This document shows positions 18,714 through 27,526 of a stretch of 64,000 nucleotides of DNA, one piece after another. Positions within the stretch are counted from its first letter, which is position 1, and the number at the start of each line of letters is the position of its first letter. Below the pieces are notes generated by a model. It was not told the origin of the DNA, made no database searches, and worked only from the letters and a program-made list of their open reading frames with translations. This DNA comes from an uncultured Actinomycetota bacterium (GTDB lineage: Bacteria; Actinomycetota; Actinomycetes; Propionibacteriales; Propionibacteriaceae), in contig CAWHQB010000036.1 of assembly GCA_963831315.1 (NCBI GenBank), positions 39,639 to 103,638 of the forward strand. The letters run 5' to 3'. A program made the translations under genes and the position numbers.

Positions 18714-19190
18714 ATGTCAACCGCTAACACTCCTGAACCGTTTTCAGGCAAGCGGGTCGCGATCGACGCCCCACGGCTATGGGGTGGCGGGCTGGCTACC
18801 GCGGTTGTGGCCGCATTGGTGGCAAGCGTTGGTGTGTTGATCTGTCGCGACCTGTTAGACGTGAAGCTTGTCGAGCCACCGCTGCTCAGCGTCACCGATT
18901 CCTTCGCCGTCAATTACGCTCTGACGGCATTCGTGCTCGCCTTGGCGGCGACTGGACTTGCCCACCTGCTGTCGGTGGTCACGCCGCGGCCTCGGGTGTT
19001 CTTCGGGTGGATCATCGCTCTCTTCACCGTTGCCACCATGGTGTTGCCGTTCGCCTTGGAGGGGAGCCGGCAGGGCAAGATCTGTGCGGCGGTGATCAAT
19101 ATGGTGATCGGCTTGTGCATCGCCAGCCTGCTGTCCGCCGTGCTGTCCCGGACGGTCGTCGACGCCGAGCGTTCTTGGCAGCAACGCTAA
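18714..19190 (+). CDS. small 4-TM membrane protein (DUF6069-like architecture)
   Basis: Four hydrophobic helices. 52 nt downstream of the previous gene on the same strand. Confidence 0.55.
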   Translation: MSTANTPEPFSGKRVAIDAPRLWGGGLATAVVAALVASVGVLICRDLLDVKLVEPPLLSVTDSFAVNYALTAFVLALAATGLAHLLSVVTPRPRVFFGWIIALFTVATMVLPFALEGSRQGKICAAVINMVIGLCIASLLSAVLSRTVVDAERSWQQR

Positions 19191-19191
19191 G

Positions 19192-19625
19192 TCAGGAAAC
19201 CAGGCCAGTCAGCAGACGGGTTGCTGCAGCGTTGAACCGCTCCACGTCGTTGTAAGGACGGGCGATCAGCATGGCCCCCTCCAAGCCGCTGACGATGACT
19301 TGGGCTGCTTCGCGCGCTGGCCCGTTGAGCGTGATCCTGCCGGACTCCTGACCCTGTTCGAGGACCCCGGTAAGCCAGGCTTCGTTGGCATCAAAGAATT
19401 CGATGACTGCTTCCTGCATGGGCTCGGAAAGCGTGTCGTACCCGGCCGCAAGCATTCCGCACAGACACATCCGGTGTTCGCTGAGAACGTCGCCGTAGAT
19501 CGCCGCGTCCGCGCGGATCTTTGCGACGGGATCTGTCTCGTGCTGGTCAATGGCGTCCAGGGCTCTGGTGAATCGCTCCGCATAGCGCTCGATCAGAGCA
19601 CGGCCGAGCTCCGCCTTTCCGTTGG
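19192..19625 (-). pseudogene. TetR-family regulator lacking its N-terminal HTH domain
   Basis: Only the ligand-binding half is present, from ...GKAELGRALIERYAERF to the C-terminus. The ~45-aa HTH is missing, and the upstream residues of the track ORF are read from cupin-antisense DNA. Confidence 0.7.
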
Positions 19626-19853
19626 TCGAACGACGTGAAGCCGATAGCAGGCACCGAAAGCTGCGAAGCACCGCACTTCCAGTACCACCTCAGCGGACGG
19701 CTGGGCATCCTGATGGACGACGGCACGGAATTCGTCGCTGAGCCAGGAGACGTGACTTCACTGCCGAGCGGACACGATGCCTGGGTCGTCGGCGATGAGC
19801 CTGTGGTCGTTGTCGATTGGTATGGCGCCAGCAACTACGCCAAGGTCGGCTGA
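19620..19853 (+). pseudogene. cupin-domain protein lacking its N-terminal part
   Basis: RWSNDVKPIAGTESCEAPHFQYHLSGRLGILMDDGTEFVAEPGDVTSLPSGHDAWVVGDEP is the C-terminal two-thirds of a small cupin. There is no start context, and it abuts the truncated TetR head to head. Confidence 0.65.
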
Positions 19854-19894
19854 CCCACACTCCGGGGCCTTGAGTGGGCCCGCCACTGCTTAAG

Positions 19895-19970
19895 CCCACT
19901 CCGCATCACTTGCTCGGACTCCGCAGCCTCTGCAGATGAAGCGGTGTCCGAGTAAGTGATGCGGAGTGGG
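19895..19970. repeat. extragenic nested palindrome, family P2, copy 1
   Basis: CCCACTCCGCATCACTTGCTCGGAC / 26-nt core / GTCCGAGTAAGTGATGCGGAGTGGG. Arms pair 24/25. Confidence 0.85.
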
Positions 19971-20003
19971 ATTATGAGTCTTGAGTTGGGACGGGTGACT
20001 TGA

Positions 20004-21026
20004 TCATGATGAATCTGGCTCGGCTCCCAGCAGATTCAATACGGCCCGCTCGATCTTGCCGTGCGTGGTGCCGTCCGAAAGATCGGTATCCGTCGAGGCC
20101 AGCGCCGGCGAGATCGTGAGGCCGTCGTTGAAGAGGTCGATCACCCGCGGGTCGACGTAGGATGCGCGGGCGACGGCCGGCGTATTGCCGAGATAGCCCG
20201 CCACCTCCTTCATCGCCGCAGATACGGCCCGCTTGCGGGCGCTGACTGTCCTGGCGCGTTCGTTGGCCTCCGCCAGCACCACGGCCGCGATCACGGTGCC
20301 GTGCCAGGTCCGGAAGTCCTTCGCCGACATCTCATCGCCGAGCAGGTCCTTGAGGTAGCTGTTGATGTCGTTGGAGCTGACATCGTGCCACCGCTCTCCA
20401 TCGTCATAGGCAAGGAGTTCTGGCCCGCCGCCCTGTCGTGCCAGCAGGTCGCGGACGGCTCGCAGAACAAGCTCATCAGCGAGCGCGACGTACCGCTCTT
20501 GACCGGACTTGGCGATGTAGTTGAAGATCACCGCTCCAGCCTCGATGCTGACGTGCTCCTTCTGGATCGTGGCCAGCCCGTAGCTGTTGTTGATCTCGGC
20601 GTACGCCTCGCCGCCGATCCGGAAAAAACCAAGATCAAGAAGCCGGAAGGCCGTTCCCAACGCGCGCTGGTGGGGCATTCCCTCCAGCTGCAGATGCTTC
20701 GCCACGGTCCGCCGCGCCGAGGGGAGTCGGGCGGCGACTGCAAGCACTCTGTCGTGCTTCAGCCGATCACGCTTGAGCCGCCACTGCTCGTGGTAGAGGT
20801 ACTGCCGCCGGCCGGCGTCGTCGGTGCCGACTGCCTGCAGGTGCCCATTGGGTACCGGACAGATCCACACCTGCTCCCACGCCGGCGGAATGACCAGGAG
20901 CTTGCAACGCTGAATCTGTTCCGCGGGGAGGCGGCTCCCGGAATCGTCCAGGTAGATGAACCCCTTCCCGGCGCGCCGCCGGGTCCATCCCGGATCTCGT
21001 GGTGAAACCCTTCTCAGCCTCGGCAC
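20004..21026 (-). CDS. DNA topoisomerase IB (bacterial/poxvirus type)
   Basis: IPPAWEQVWICP, GTDDAGRRQYLYH, FRIGGEAYA, SAKDFRTWHGT, and LGNTPAVARASYVDPRV (active-site Tyr context). Confidence 0.85.
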   Translation of the reverse strand: MPRLRRVSPRDPGWTRRRAGKGFIYLDDSGSRLPAEQIQRCKLLVIPPAWEQVWICPVPNGHLQAVGTDDAGRRQYLYHEQWRLKRDRLKHDRVLAVAARLPSARRTVAKHLQLEGMPHQRALGTAFRLLDLGFFRIGGEAYAEINNSYGLATIQKEHVSIEAGAVIFNYIAKSGQERYVALADELVLRAVRDLLARQGGGPELLAYDDGERWHDVSSNDINSYLKDLLGDEMSAKDFRTWHGTVIAAVVLAEANERARTVSARKRAVSAAMKEVAGYLGNTPAVARASYVDPRVIDLFNDGLTISPALASTDTDLSDGTTHGKIERAVLNLLGAEPDSS

Positions 21027-21174
21027 GTCCCCTTAGTACCCGCTTTGCCGAGTTGTCATCTAAGGCACCTTAGGTACCTCAGACCGTAGTCGGTCGAAAA
21101 GATACGTCATCTCCACGTGTTAGGCCTCCACCCCTTAGAAACACCATGGTTACAAGGACAACAAGGAGGCTGAA

Positions 21175-21369
21175 ATGAGCATCATGAATGACTACACCTT
21201 CCAGACGCTGAACGATCAGCGGGAGCGTGAGTTGGCCGAACTGGCTGCAAGCAACCGGCGGGTTCGCCTGGCACTGAGCGGCCGAGTCAGCTGGTGGCGC
21301 AGAGTGTTGTCCCGCCGCGGACAACGACGCATCGCCATCGCAAGGCCCGAGCATCGGGTCGCGCGCTAA
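21175..21369 (+). CDS. small hypothetical protein (64 aa)
   Basis: AAGGAGG lies 5 nt upstream of ATG 21175. Arg-rich C-terminus. No family recognised. Confidence 0.5.
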   Translation: MSIMNDYTFQTLNDQRERELAELAASNRRVRLALSGRVSWWRRVLSRRGQRRIAIARPEHRVAR

Positions 21370-21410
21370 GCGCGACCCGGCCGGGGGTGTCACAGGCTGG
21401 TGGCACGATA

Positions 21411-24314
21411 GTGCTCATGGTGAAGGCGGCCAGATCGGCCACGACCGTGCGGACGCAGTACGTCGTCGGGCGCGCCGAACAGCGCGCCCGACTTGGCCAG
21501 ATCCTCGACGATGTGATCGATGACGGCAGCCGGTTTGTGATCATCGGTGGTGACGCCGGCGCCGGCAAGACGACGGTTGTCGAGGCGTTCGTCGCCGACC
21601 TGTTCGGACCGCTCGCCGACCGCAAGGCACAGCTGATCCGGGGTCAGTGTGTGCCCATGGGTGAGGAAGGCCTGCCGTACGCACCCATTGTTGGCGCGTT
21701 GCGGGACCTGGAGAACCAGCATGGCCGCGAGCAGATCGTGGAATGGGCCGGCGCTGGACGGCAGGTGCTCGGCGCTCTGCTACCCGACGTAGGTACTGCG
21801 CCGCGTGAGAACGATGACACCATCCGGCTGCAGCTCTTTGAGGCCGTCACCATGCTGTTGGAGCGGGCCAGCGAGAACGGGCCGCTCGTGGTGATCATGG
21901 AGGACATCCATTGGGCTGACGAGTCCACTCGTCATGTGCTCCGCTTTTTGGCCCGCGCTTTGGCTGAGGCCCCGGTGATGATCATCACGACATACCGCAC
22001 CGATGAACTCACTCGCCGGCATCCATTGCGCCCGTTCCTGGCCGAGGTAGGTCGCTTTCCGGGCACCGTACGCGTCGAGGTGCCCAGTCTGGAGCGCGCC
22101 GAGGTCGCCGAGCTGTTGACCCAGCTGATGGAAAGGCCGCCGAGCAACGTCGTGATCGATCTGGTCTACCGGCGCAGCGAGGGCATCCCGTACTTCGTCG
22201 AAGAGCTCACCCGATCCGCAGCCCGCGGCTGTATCGATATGCCGGACACGCTGCGGGACGCATTGAACGTACGCGTCCTGAGCCTGTCCGACCGGGCGCA
22301 GCAAACCCTGCAACTGGCCGCGGTCGCGGGAAACCGTGTCGATCATGAACTGTTGGCAGTGGCGGCGGATGCCTCGGACGGGGACTTGGAGAGTCAACTG
22401 CGGGAGGCAATTGACGCCTCTGTCCTGACAGTGGACGAAACCGGATACTGCTTCCGGCACGCGTTATTGCGCGAGGTGATCCACGATGATCTGCTGCCGG
22501 GTCAACACGCCCGACTGCATGCCCGCTTCGCAAAGATCTTGGAGGAGCATCCGGAGCTGATGAGTGCGGAAGCCGCTCCCTTGGAGATCGCTCACCATTG
22601 GAACGCAGCGCACGAGGTCAACAAGGCCTTCCGATGGGCACTGACCGCCGCCGAGTCGGGGTCCGCAGCATTTCACGAGGCACTCAAGCTGTACGAGCGA
22701 GCTCTGGAGTTGTGGGATCAGGTGGACGATCCCGAGTCGGTGGCAGGGCCGCACGCGAGCTTGCTGATGCGCGCCGCGTACGCCGCCGAGGATGCTGGCG
22801 AGATAGACCGGTCCCTGGGCCTGGTCAACGCTGCTCTCGGCGAGTTGGATCCCGACAACGACACCGGGGAGCGCATTGAGGCATTGCTAGTGAAGGCGCG
22901 AACCACAGCCAGCCTGATGAGTGCGGGTGGCGTCGAGCCACTTCGGGAGGCCCTGGTGTTGCTGCCTGAAGACGCCGATCCCAAGCTGCGGGCCCGGGTA
23001 CTGGAGATGTTGGCCCGTCGGACCATGCTGTCCGGGGATGTCCAGCGGGGTATTGAGTTCTCGCAGCAAGCTGTCGAAGCCGCGGCACTCGCTGATTCCG
23101 ACTCGGTGACGGCGAACGCATGGATCACGCTTGGCACCAGCCTGGCTGCCGCCGGCCAAGAGGCAGAGGGCCTCGCCGCGTTCGAGCGAGTCAGCCACCT
23201 CGCGCGCAGCAACACCCGGACGTTGCTGCGCTTCTATGTCAACTACTCCGATGCGCTCAACCATGTCGGCAGGTACGACGATGCAGCACGCCAGGCCTTG
23301 AGTGGTGTCGACGTTGCGCGTGAGCTTGGAATGGAACGCTCCGTCGGCGCCATGCTCGCCGGGAATGCCGCCGAACCCCTTCTCGCGCGGGGAGAGTGGA
23401 CGAGGGCGTCGGCCATGATCGAGCGGGCGCTGGAACTGGATCCGCCTGCGCACCACCATGCTCACTTGCGGTTGCTCCAGGCCTGGCTGCACGTGTGGCG
23501 TGGCCAGCTCGACGAGGCGGATGCAGTGCTGGCCGAATTTCGCCCGCTGATCAGCGATGAGCAGCTCTCGCCGCAGTACAACAGCCAGGCGATCCGCACC
23601 GACGCCGAGCACGCGATGGCCGTCGGTGATCATCAGCGAGCCTGGTCCGATGTGAAGGTGTTCTTTGATCATTGGGAGCTCTACGAACGGACGCAGTGCT
23701 ACCCGCTACTTGCGGTCGGTGCGGCGGCTGCCCAGGTTCTCGACCAGCGCGAGGGCACGGAGGAGCGATCGGCGCTCGTTCGGGATCTCCTTGATCATCG
23801 CGCGATGCAGGTACGCGTCCGCGCATTCTGGGAGCCGCTGATCATCGCCGAGCTGGACGACACGGCAGAAGGCTGGCGGTCGGCCTGGGATCAGCTGGCG
23901 GCGCAGCCGGCGCCCGCCCATCTGCGGCCGTACGCCGGCCTGCGACTCGGCCAGCATTTGGTCGCCGAGCGGGAGCGTGTCGAGGCCAAGGAGGTGCTGG
24001 CGACGGCGTCAGAAGGTGCGGTTGCCCTCGGCTCGACCCTGCTGGCCGATCGGATTTCAGCGCTCGCGCAACGTGCCGGTTTCGTCGTAGCCCTGCCGAG
24101 GGAGGGGAGTCCTGTCGCTGGGCTGACGCCGCGCGAACTGGAGGTGCTGCAGCTCGTGGCGGCTGGGCGATCCAATGGCGAGATTGGTACCGCACTATTC
24201 ATCAGTACCAAGACCGCCAGCGTGCATGTCTCCAACATCTTGGCCAAGCTCGGCGTCAACGGTCGCGGCGAAGCCGCAGCCCTCGCTCATCGGGTCGGCC
24301 TCACCGTTCACTGA
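21411..24314 (+). CDS. large ATP-binding LuxR-family regulator (LAL/MalT-like)
   Basis: Walker A GDAGAGKTT, long helical/TPR-like middle, C-terminal LTPRELEVLQLVAAGRSNGEIGTALFISTKTASVHVSNILAKLGV. The track ORF start at 21294 overlaps the small ORF; the real start is probably GTG 21411 or ATG 21417. Confidence 0.85.
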   Translation: MLMVKAARSATTVRTQYVVGRAEQRARLGQILDDVIDDGSRFVIIGGDAGAGKTTVVEAFVADLFGPLADRKAQLIRGQCVPMGEEGLPYAPIVGALRDLENQHGREQIVEWAGAGRQVLGALLPDVGTAPRENDDTIRLQLFEAVTMLLERASENGPLVVIMEDIHWADESTRHVLRFLARALAEAPVMIITTYRTDELTRRHPLRPFLAEVGRFPGTVRVEVPSLERAEVAELLTQLMERPPSNVVIDLVYRRSEGIPYFVEELTRSAARGCIDMPDTLRDALNVRVLSLSDRAQQTLQLAAVAGNRVDHELLAVAADASDGDLESQLREAIDASVLTVDETGYCFRHALLREVIHDDLLPGQHARLHARFAKILEEHPELMSAEAAPLEIAHHWNAAHEVNKAFRWALTAAESGSAAFHEALKLYERALELWDQVDDPESVAGPHASLLMRAAYAAEDAGEIDRSLGLVNAALGELDPDNDTGERIEALLVKARTTASLMSAGGVEPLREALVLLPEDADPKLRARVLEMLARRTMLSGDVQRGIEFSQQAVEAAALADSDSVTANAWITLGTSLAAAGQEAEGLAAFERVSHLARSNTRTLLRFYVNYSDALNHVGRYDDAARQALSGVDVARELGMERSVGAMLAGNAAEPLLARGEWTRASAMIERALELDPPAHHHAHLRLLQAWLHVWRGQLDEADAVLAEFRPLISDEQLSPQYNSQAIRTDAEHAMAVGDHQRAWSDVKVFFDHWELYERTQCYPLLAVGAAAAQVLDQREGTEERSALVRDLLDHRAMQVRVRAFWEPLIIAELDDTAEGWRSAWDQLAAQPAPAHLRPYAGLRLGQHLVAERERVEAKEVLATASEGAVALGSTLLADRISALAQRAGFVVALPREGSPVAGLTPRELEVLQLVAAGRSNGEIGTALFISTKTASVHVSNILAKLGVNGRGEAAALAHRVGLTVH

Positions 24315-24332
24315 ATTTCGCCGTACGCGGTC

Positions 24333-24932
24333 TCAATCCCGCTGTACCGTCCCGGTGAAGCTGATCGCCTCGTGCACGTCGTCATTCGGGTCCACGATGA
24401 AGGTCACCTTCTTCAGCTCTGTGAACGGGACGGCGAATCCGACAGTCGCGATGTCTTCGTTGTTGGGCTTGATCGTGCCCGTGAAGCCGCTCTGCAGTTC
24501 ATCGGTCTTGTCGACGATAATCTGCGCATCCTTGCCGTTGCCGTACGCGGCGCCGATCAGGACGCTCTCGGCGTCATACGGCTCCTTGGTCTTGTTCTCG
24601 ATGCGGACCGACGCGATCACGATCTCGCCGTTGGTCGCCTCAGCGCCGCGATCGGACTTCTTCGCCTTGTCGGCGACCGATCCGGCGATCTCGATGAGCA
24701 GCCCGTCATCGAACTCAGCGACGTCGTCGAGGCTGAACTGCTGCTCCTCTGGCACCTCGCCCGGTGTGGCGGTGGTCGCGCTCGGGGTCGGGCTGGCGGT
24801 CGACTCTCCAGGCGTAGCTTCAAGGCTGCTGCTGGTAGGAGTCACGCCGGACTGCGGCTCGTTGGCGGCGGGTACGCCACATGCGGCCAAGGCAAGCAGT
24901 ACGCCGATGAGTGCTCCCGCGAGTCGCCTCAT
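24333..24932 (-). CDS. DUF4352-like secreted lipoprotein
   Basis: Lipobox LLALAACG, S/T/P-rich linker, then an all-beta domain (IASVRIENKTKEPYD...). Confidence 0.6.
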   Translation of the reverse strand: MRRLAGALIGVLLALAACGVPAANEPQSGVTPTSSSLEATPGESTASPTPSATTATPGEVPEEQQFSLDDVAEFDDGLLIEIAGSVADKAKKSDRGAEATNGEIVIASVRIENKTKEPYDAESVLIGAAYGNGKDAQIIVDKTDELQSGFTGTIKPNNEDIATVGFAVPFTELKKVTFIVDPNDDVHEAISFTGTVQRD

Positions 24933-24983
24933 AGACCGACACCGTACCGGCCGCGACTGATCTCGGGCCGCTAAGGTTGACGC

Positions 24984-25127
24984 GTGAAGTGGAAGATGGT
25001 GCTCGCCGTCGGGGCTGTCGCCGGAGGCACGTTGTGGTTCGTACGCCGTAGGTCACGCCGAGCCGCAGATGAGGCCGAGCTCTGGGCCGAGGCCACTGAT
25101 CCCATCGCCCGCTTCGGCGAATCCTGA
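24984..25127 (+). CDS. DLW-39-like small membrane-anchored protein (47 aa)
   Basis: Below the ORF-track size cutoff. GTG 24984 with AAGG 7 nt upstream. Sequence VKWKMVLAVGAVAGGTLWFVRRRSRRAADEAELWAEATDPIARFGES (one TM helix, basic stretch, ELW motif). Confidence 0.55.
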   Translation: MKWKMVLAVGAVAGGTLWFVRRRSRRAADEAELWAEATDPIARFGES

Positions 25128-25148
25128 CTCTCTCTCAAACCTCTCAAA

Positions 25149-25204
25149 GCCGAGTTGTCAGAATCTCAGCACCACATATGGTGCTGAGATTCTGACAACT
25201 CGGC
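25149..25204. repeat. extragenic palindrome, family P1, copy B; likely bidirectional terminator
   Basis: Perfect 26-bp stem: GCCGAGTTGTCAGAATCTCAGCACCA (25149-25174), loop CATA, TGGTGCTGAGATTCTGACAACTCGGC (25179-25204). Lies between convergent stops at 25127 and 25210. Confidence 0.85.
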
Positions 25205-25209
25205 GTTGG

Positions 25210-26673
25210 TCAGGGTTTGGTGAACATCTCCGTGACCCGCTCAGGAATGTCACCATCAGTCAGCAGCGTCACCATGTCACCGGCTCGCAGTCGGGTGTCG
25301 CCGCGTACGGGCAGCAGCTGCCCGTCGCGTACGACGATGCTGACCCAGATATTGCTGGCCTGCTCAGCGACTTCCCCGACGGTCCGGCCGTCGACGAGAG
25401 ACCCGGCAGCGACGCTGACCTGATGAGTCGTGTCCGGGTCGGCCCGAAGTCGCACGTCGACCGCCCACGGCTCCGGCCTGACGGGTTGCATGGGCACTCC
25501 CAATCGCCGGGCGACGGTAGGAACCAGGCTGCCCTGAACGACGACGGAGAAGATCACCACGACGACGACGATCCCGTACAGCCGCTCCGCATCCGGCACA
25601 TCTGCGGTGAGGAGCAGCTCGCCGAGCAAGATCGGCACCGCTCCCTTGAGCCCAGCAAACAAGACAAAAATCCGCTCGCCGCGATCGAGCTGTGCGGGAA
25701 GTAGGCACAGACCAACGACGAGCGGCCGAATCACCATCGCGAGTGCGAGGCCGAGAACGAGTCCCGGCAGCCACACATCCATCCGAGCCAGGACCTTCAG
25801 GTCGATGGTCAGTCCCAAGACCACGAAGGCAACGATCTCCGCAAGTCCCGCCAGCGCGGCGTGAAAGCGCTCAATCTCGCGCTGGTACGGGGCGCGGCGG
25901 TGGCCGATCACGATCCCGGCGATGAAGACGGCGAGGAAGCCGGATCCGTGCAGCAGCGTCGTGATGCCGTAGAGAAGCAGAACGCTCGCGAGTGTTCGCA
26001 ACGGATACAAGGCCTCGCTGGGAAGCGAAACCCGGCGCATGAACCAGAGCAGAGCGACACCGCCCGCAATGCCAGCGGCCGCCCCGATCGTCATCTGAAG
26101 CAAGAAATCTGCCGCAATGCGGCCGAACGCGACTCCACTGATGCCGCCAGCGGCCAGGAGTCCAGCCATCAGCGCGATACCTACGGGGTCGTTCGCTCCG
26201 GATTCGCCCTCCAAGATCGTGCCGCTGCGTCCAGTGATCTCCTGTTGCCCGAGGACCGAGAACACTACAGCCGGGTCGGTCGGCGAGACGGCGGTCGCGA
26301 CCAGCAAAGCGACATACCAGACCAGCCCGAAGGCCGCGTGCATCAGGAGGCCGCCGGCCGCTGCGGTCAGGAACGTGCCGAGCACCCCGACGACAATGAT
26401 CAGTACCAGAGCGGGCCGGAGCCGAGACCAGCCGATGTGCCTGCCGCCGTTGAAAAGGATCAGAACCAGTGCCACTGAGACGACCTGCTGGACCGTATCG
26501 TCCCGCGGTGTCGGCATTCCTGGAATAACCTGCACGGCGATGGCGGCAGCGACCAGCATCCAGATAGGTGCCGGAACTCGGAGCCGCGCAGACAGCCGGT
26601 TGACCAAGATCGCCGCGAGCGCAACTGCGCTGGTCAGCGCAATGATCCAGGCGTACTGGGCCGTCTCGGACAC
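25210..26673 (-). CDS. CPA1-family K+(Na+)/H+ antiporter with C-terminal TrkA-C/RCK_C domain
   Basis: About 12 TM helices, plus VDGRTVGEV...IVVRDGQLLPVRGDTRLRAGDMVTLL. GAGGAG lies 6-7 nt upstream of GTG 26673 (VSETAQYAWII). Confidence 0.8.
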   Translation of the reverse strand: MSETAQYAWIIALTSAVALAAILVNRLSARLRVPAPIWMLVAAAIAVQVIPGMPTPRDDTVQQVVSVALVLILFNGGRHIGWSRLRPALVLIIVVGVLGTFLTAAAGGLLMHAAFGLVWYVALLVATAVSPTDPAVVFSVLGQQEITGRSGTILEGESGANDPVGIALMAGLLAAGGISGVAFGRIAADFLLQMTIGAAAGIAGGVALLWFMRRVSLPSEALYPLRTLASVLLLYGITTLLHGSGFLAVFIAGIVIGHRRAPYQREIERFHAALAGLAEIVAFVVLGLTIDLKVLARMDVWLPGLVLGLALAMVIRPLVVGLCLLPAQLDRGERIFVLFAGLKGAVPILLGELLLTADVPDAERLYGIVVVVVIFSVVVQGSLVPTVARRLGVPMQPVRPEPWAVDVRLRADPDTTHQVSVAAGSLVDGRTVGEVAEQASNIWVSIVVRDGQLLPVRGDTRLRAGDMVTLLTDGDIPERVTEMFTKP

Positions 26674-26772
26674 GTGCTGCTCCTCGGCAGAGTCGACGAA
26701 GCGAGGCGATTGCCGACCAGCCTTCCCGGCACACCGAGGCACACATTACGCCCGTACGCGGACCTCCACCTT

Positions 26773-26824
26773 CGACTTGTCAGCGTCCCAGCCGGCTATA
26801 GCCCGCTGAGCCGCTGACAAGTCG
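26773..26824. repeat. extragenic palindrome, family P1, copy C (degenerate)
   Basis: CGACTTGTCAGCG (26773-26785) pairs perfectly with CGCTGACAAGTCG (26812-26824). The inner CAGCCGGC TATA GCCCGCTG pairs 7/8. Confidence 0.7.
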
Positions 26825-26904
26825 GAGTGTGGTCGACTTCATTCAGCTGAGTGATGTGAGGGGGGAGCCGCCGCGGGCGACCCCGCCCCCGATGACGAGG
26901 AGGC

Positions 26905-27501
26905 ATGATGGTCACCCTCGCCTCGCGTGACCTGCGGCGGTTGGCATCGGTCAGCATCGCGGTTGCCGTGTGGGGGTTGGGGTACGCGCTCTACCGCGGC
27001 TACTACGCACTCGGCGGGACACTCCTGCTGCCGGGCACGCCAGCCGAGCCGACCCAGTTCAGGCTCATCAACGCTGCCGCCGTCGCAGTCCTCGCGATCG
27101 CGGCTGTGCTGCCCATCGCGATGCTGCCGCTGTGGCGGAGACCTAGGGCGCGGCCGGTGTTGCTTGCCGTGTGCTGGTTGGTCGCGGTGGGCTGCAGCAT
27201 GCATGCCCTTATTGAAAGCGTCCAGCGGGTTCTCAGCCTCGCCGGGCTGCTGCGTATCGAATACTCCGCAGCCGTGTGGGCCTCGATCGACCACCGAGCC
27301 GCCGATCTGCAGGACCTGTTCTTCAACGAGCCATGGTTCCTGCTAGAGGGGCTCGGGTACGCGGCGCTCGGATGGATCGCCTTGGGCCCCGGTCGCCGGC
27401 GGCGATGGTGGGTCGGCAGCGCGATCGCGGCGACCTCGGTGCTGACCGTGATCGGGCTGCTCTCGGCGACCGGCGTCATCGGGAAAGTGATCATCGGTTG
27501 A
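26905..27501 (+). CDS. hypothetical polytopic membrane protein
   Basis: Five or six hydrophobic helices. GAGGAGG RBS. Confidence 0.6.
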   Translation: MMVTLASRDLRRLASVSIAVAVWGLGYALYRGYYALGGTLLLPGTPAEPTQFRLINAAAVAVLAIAAVLPIAMLPLWRRPRARPVLLAVCWLVAVGCSMHALIESVQRVLSLAGLLRIEYSAAVWASIDHRAADLQDLFFNEPWFLLEGLGYAALGWIALGPGRRRRWWVGSAIAATSVLTVIGLLSATGVIGKVIIG

Positions 27502-27526
27502 CCGCGCAACACGCCTAACTCCCTAA

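Noticed and set aside
20061-21005. Long ORFs antisense to or overlapping the called genes. Examples: 20061-21005 (+), 999-1865 (-), 2221-3066 (+), 3366-4244 (+), 25871-26746 (-), 59489-60340 (+), 41986-42759 (-).
   Set aside because: These are typical shadow ORFs of high-GC DNA. They are Arg/Pro/Gly/Ala-rich with no recognisable motifs, and each lies fully opposite a gene that has clear family signatures.
21294-21410. The upstream start of the LAL regulator ORF (21294), which would overlap the small ORF 21175-21369.
   Set aside because: The extension is Arg-rich and unlike LAL N-termini. The regulator family normally begins a few dozen residues before the Walker A motif, consistent with GTG 21411 or ATG 21417.
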